Shown here one piece after another: positions 39,340 to 42,196 of a DNA stretch of 42,196 nt. The notes beneath the pieces were generated by a model, which was not told the DNA's origin, ran no database searches, and saw nothing but the letters and a program-made list of their open reading frames with translations. A program made the translations under genes and the position numbers. The stretch's first letter is position 1. Each line of letters begins with the position of its first letter. Source of the DNA: Tannerella sp. (GTDB lineage Bacteria; Bacteroidota; Bacteroidia; Bacteroidales; Tannerellaceae); contig JAISEJ010000119.1 in assembly GCA_031264155.1 (NCBI GenBank), positions 1-42,196 on the forward strand, given 5' to 3'.

Positions 39340-39726
39340 TTAACGTTTGCTGAACTGGAATCTCTTGCGAGCTTTCGGTCTTCCCGGCTTTTTGCGTTCT
39401 ACCGCACGAGGATCGCGCGTTGTGAAACCTTCTGCCTTTAGCGCGGGTTTGGATTCCGGATTGATTTTTATCAATGCGCGGGTAATTGCCAAACGGGTTG
39501 CTTCGGACTGTCCTTTGAAACCGCCGCCGAACAAATTGACTTTAATGTCAAACTCTTCCGTCATGTCCAATGTTTTCAACGGTTGCTTTACAACATACTG
39601 AAGGATTGAAGAAGGAAAATAATTTTCTAAATCACGCTTGTTGATTGTGATCTTGCCGCTGCCTTTTGTCACATAAACACGAGCTACCGCCGCTTTACGT
39701 CGTCCTATTGCATTTACAACTTCCAT
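39340..39726 (-). CDS. rpsI: 30S ribosomal protein S9
   Basis: GRRKAAVARV and RDPRAVERKKPG...QFSKR. Confidence 0.99.
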   Translation of the reverse strand: MEVVNAIGRRKAAVARVYVTKGSGKITINKRDLENYFPSSILQYVVKQPLKTLDMTEEFDIKVNLFGGGFKGQSEATRLAITRALIKINPESKPALKAEGFTTRDPRAVERKKPGRPKARKRFQFSKR

Positions 39727-39731
39727 AATAA

Positions 39732-40187
39732 TTATTTAAGTGAATTTATATCTAATGTTTTGGGTTGTTGCGCCTCGTGTTTGTGCTCACTACTCCCATA
39801 TATGTACAGGTTCTTGAGCAATTTGGCCCCCAGCTTGTTTTTAGGTAACATCCCTTTCACTACTCTGCGAAACAGACGATCTTCACCTTTCTCTTTCAAT
39901 TGGGCGGGAGTAATTTCTTTTTGTCCGCCCGGATAACCCGAATATCTTAAATAAATACGGTCATCCCACTTTTTCCCCGTCAAAACGGCTTTATCCGCAT
40001 TGATAATGATTACATTATCACCACAATCAACGTGTGGAGTGAAGTTCGGTTTGTATTTCCCGCGTAAAAGTTTCGCTACTTTTGAACCCATACGTCCTAC
40101 GTGCTGGCCTGTAGCGTCAACTACAACCCACTCTTTGTCTACAGTTGCTTTGTTTGCAGAAATGGTCTTATAACTTAAAGTATCCAC
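39732..40187 (-). CDS. rplM: 50S ribosomal protein L13 (GTG start)
   Basis: WVVVDA, FTPHVDCGD and KGMLPKN. Confidence 0.99.
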   Translation of the reverse strand: MDTLSYKTISANKATVDKEWVVVDATGQHVGRMGSKVAKLLRGKYKPNFTPHVDCGDNVIIINADKAVLTGKKWDDRIYLRYSGYPGGQKEITPAQLKEKGEDRLFRRVVKGMLPKNKLGAKLLKNLYIYGSSEHKHEAQQPKTLDINSLK

Positions 40188-40214
40188 TGCTTAATTTTTT
40201 TAATTAGTTAATTA

Positions 40215-40280
40215 ATAATTGCTTGTACGCTTTCCGAATGTCTTACACTACGGGCATGTTGATGTAAAACCTGGTGAAAC
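40215..40280 (-). promoter_or_regulatory. Possible L13-Bacteroidia ribosomal leader
   Basis: A 5' UTR of about 90 nt with a TTTTACAT...GTGTAAGA stem between the promoter and rplM. Assigned by position, not by covariance search. Confidence 0.45.
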
Positions 40281-40286
40281 GGCCTG

Positions 40287-40317
40287 CAAAGGTACAGTTC
40301 TTGTCCATAAAAACAAA
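40287..40317 (-). promoter_or_regulatory. Sigma-A promoter of the rplM operon (TTTG-N19-TACCTTTG)
   Basis: Both elements are present with canonical spacing. Confidence 0.8.
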
Positions 40318-40503
40318 AATATTTTGTCTTTTTGTTGAAAAAATGAATGTTCGGCATGATTTTTCTGCTTTTTTTATATCTGCGCTGATTTTTCTTGATT
40401 ATGGAGTTGCAGTGGAATTTTTATTTTACGGCATTTGCCAAACCAAAGTTTTTCATGTATGTTTGCACCGGAATTTTATTATATAATGTATAATATATAT
40501 AAC

Positions 40504-42060
40504 ATGAAAAAATGTAGATTTTTTGTTTTCATTCAGTTTTTTATTGTGATATCAACCGTGTTTGTTTATTCTCAGAAAAAACCGCGTATTGCGATTGCGG
40601 GAATAGCTATTGAATCAAGTACGTTTTCTCCCGCAAGGAGCGGGGAGGACGCCTTTCGTAAAAGCGTCGGGGATGATGTATTCAGGTTGTATCCGTTTTT
40701 GAAAGAAGGAAAACCTTTGCGTGAAAAAGCGGAATGGCTTCCGGCGTTTATTGCCGGAGCGACTCCGGGTGGCGCCGTCCCGCGCGAAACGTATGAATCT
40801 CTTACAAATCGGATACTTGAATTATTAAAAGCAAATGCTCCGTATGACGCATTGTTTTTTGATATTCATGGAGCTATGAGCGTAGTTGGGATGGATGACC
40901 CGGAAGGCGATTTGATCATTCGCATCCGTGAAGTGATTGGTAATAATGCAATTATATCTACCTGTATGGATTTGCACGGAAATGTGACTTGGAGGTTGGC
41001 GGAAAATACGGATTTGATTACATGCTATCGTCTGGCGCCTCACGAGGATTCCATGGAATCGCGGGAAAGAGCGGTGGCAAACCTGATTGAAAGAATGGAA
41101 TCCGGAAAAGGACGTCCTAAATATAAAGCATGGATTCCTGTGCCGATACTGCTGCCCGGAGAGCAGACCAGTACGCGTGTGGAGCCGGGGAAGTCTTTGT
41201 ATGCTGCCGTAGGGCCTGCTACAGCGCAGGAAGGTATTATTGACGCCGGTATATGGATAGGATATGCATGGGCCGACGAACCGAGAAACCGTGCAACGGT
41301 AATGGTGACGGGTGACGACAAAGATATGGTAACGCGGACGGCGGAATATCTGGCACATCATTTCTGGAGTGTAAGGAATCAATTTGAATTTGTCGCTCCT
41401 ACGGCAACGCTGGATGTGTGTCTTGAAAAAGCAATCGCCAGTGATAAAAAGCCTTATTTTATCAGCGATATGGGCGATAATCCGACCGCCGGAGGCGCCG
41501 GAGACGTCACGTGGACGATTACGGAACTGTTGAAACGTGATGAATTTAAGACCGGAACGGGGAAAACGCTTATATACGCATCCATACCCGGCCCTGAATT
41601 TGTGGAGAAAGCGATAAAAGCCGGCATAGGAAATAAAGTGGAAGGAACAGCCGGGGCAAAAGTGGACGACCGTTATGCTCCTCCCGTAAAATTGTCGGGA
41701 ACGGTGACTTCCATTTATACAAACAATCCGAGTAATAAGGAAGTCGTTGTTAAAACAGGCAGTATATATGTTATTGTTACGGAGAAGCGTAAGGGATTCC
41801 ATTATGTGCGTGAATTTGAGAAACATGGTCTTGACCCGCGACAGGCGGATATCGTAGTCGTAAAATTAGGCTATCTTGTGCCTGAACTGTATGACATACA
41901 AGCCGACTGGATGATGGCCTTGACCCTCGGCGGAGTAAACCAGGATTTGCCGAACCTGCCGTATAAAAGAATAAATCGCCCGATGTTTCCGCTTGACAAG
42001 GACATGTCGATGCCCGACCTGTCCGCAAAACTGGTGCCTTTCGTCGGTGATCGGGAATAA
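40504..42060 (+). CDS. M81 / MlrC-family metallopeptidase with signal peptide
   Basis: IESSTFSP, DIHGAM, DPEGD, MDLHGN, YRLAPHED, SDMGDNPTAGG and VVVKLG. Confidence 0.9.
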   Translation: MKKCRFFVFIQFFIVISTVFVYSQKKPRIAIAGIAIESSTFSPARSGEDAFRKSVGDDVFRLYPFLKEGKPLREKAEWLPAFIAGATPGGAVPRETYESLTNRILELLKANAPYDALFFDIHGAMSVVGMDDPEGDLIIRIREVIGNNAIISTCMDLHGNVTWRLAENTDLITCYRLAPHEDSMESRERAVANLIERMESGKGRPKYKAWIPVPILLPGEQTSTRVEPGKSLYAAVGPATAQEGIIDAGIWIGYAWADEPRNRATVMVTGDDKDMVTRTAEYLAHHFWSVRNQFEFVAPTATLDVCLEKAIASDKKPYFISDMGDNPTAGGAGDVTWTITELLKRDEFKTGTGKTLIYASIPGPEFVEKAIKAGIGNKVEGTAGAKVDDRYAPPVKLSGTVTSIYTNNPSNKEVVVKTGSIYVIVTEKRKGFHYVREFEKHGLDPRQADIVVVKLGYLVPELYDIQADWMMALTLGGVNQDLPNLPYKRINRPMFPLDKDMSMPDLSAKLVPFVGDRE

Positions 42061-42196
42061 TTTTTTAAGTATGCCGTATAGTAGTGGTGCGATAAATTTC
42101 AAAAATTTCTCACAACATTTTTATATATAATTAGTTACAAGCGTTCTTTGAAAGATTGATTTGAATTGACGTAATTTTGCTTTTTACAGCAAAATT

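Noticed and set aside
40825..41826. Long antisense ORFs (also 3533-4381, 6724-7416, 1598-2185 and others)
   Set aside because: They are shadows of well-supported genes on the opposite strand and show no recognisable motifs.

Overview
A 42 kb chromosomal window from a Bacteroidales bacterium, judged from its TAnnTTTG promoters, UpxY, type V pilins and Bacteroidota-type housekeeping genes. The window opens in a decayed IS982-family transposase. Housekeeping content: ftsK, lolA-like, glycerophosphodiester phosphodiesterase, upxY, wza-wzc-PHP phosphatase, panB, proS, hisG-hisD, membrane pyrophosphatase, aminopeptidase P, a FadL-like porin with a low-complexity partner, ECF sigma, patatin/beta-barrel phospholipase, EEP hydrolase, rplM-rpsI-rpsB-tsf and an MlrC-type peptidase. 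The accessory part is a minus-strand type V pilus (fimbrillin) cluster: HU-like regulator, DUF3575-like barrel, Mfa2-like anchor, pilin, and a pilin with an FGE/C-type-lectin tip, followed by a clostripain lipoprotein. The best candidate for an undescribed system is the leader of that cluster. An (AG)23 microsatellite sits inside a short leader ORF just upstream of an intrinsic terminator. Two of the three reading frames stop before the terminator. The third runs 72 codons through it and into the first gene, which suggests a slipped-strand, phase-variable attenuator, predicted OFF here. A second theme is several arrays of palindromic units phased at 21-22 bp next to DUF6261-like, HU-like and relic genes. 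A 27 bp motif is also repeated on both sides of the pilus cluster. All calls come from motif recognition by eye; no database searches were run.
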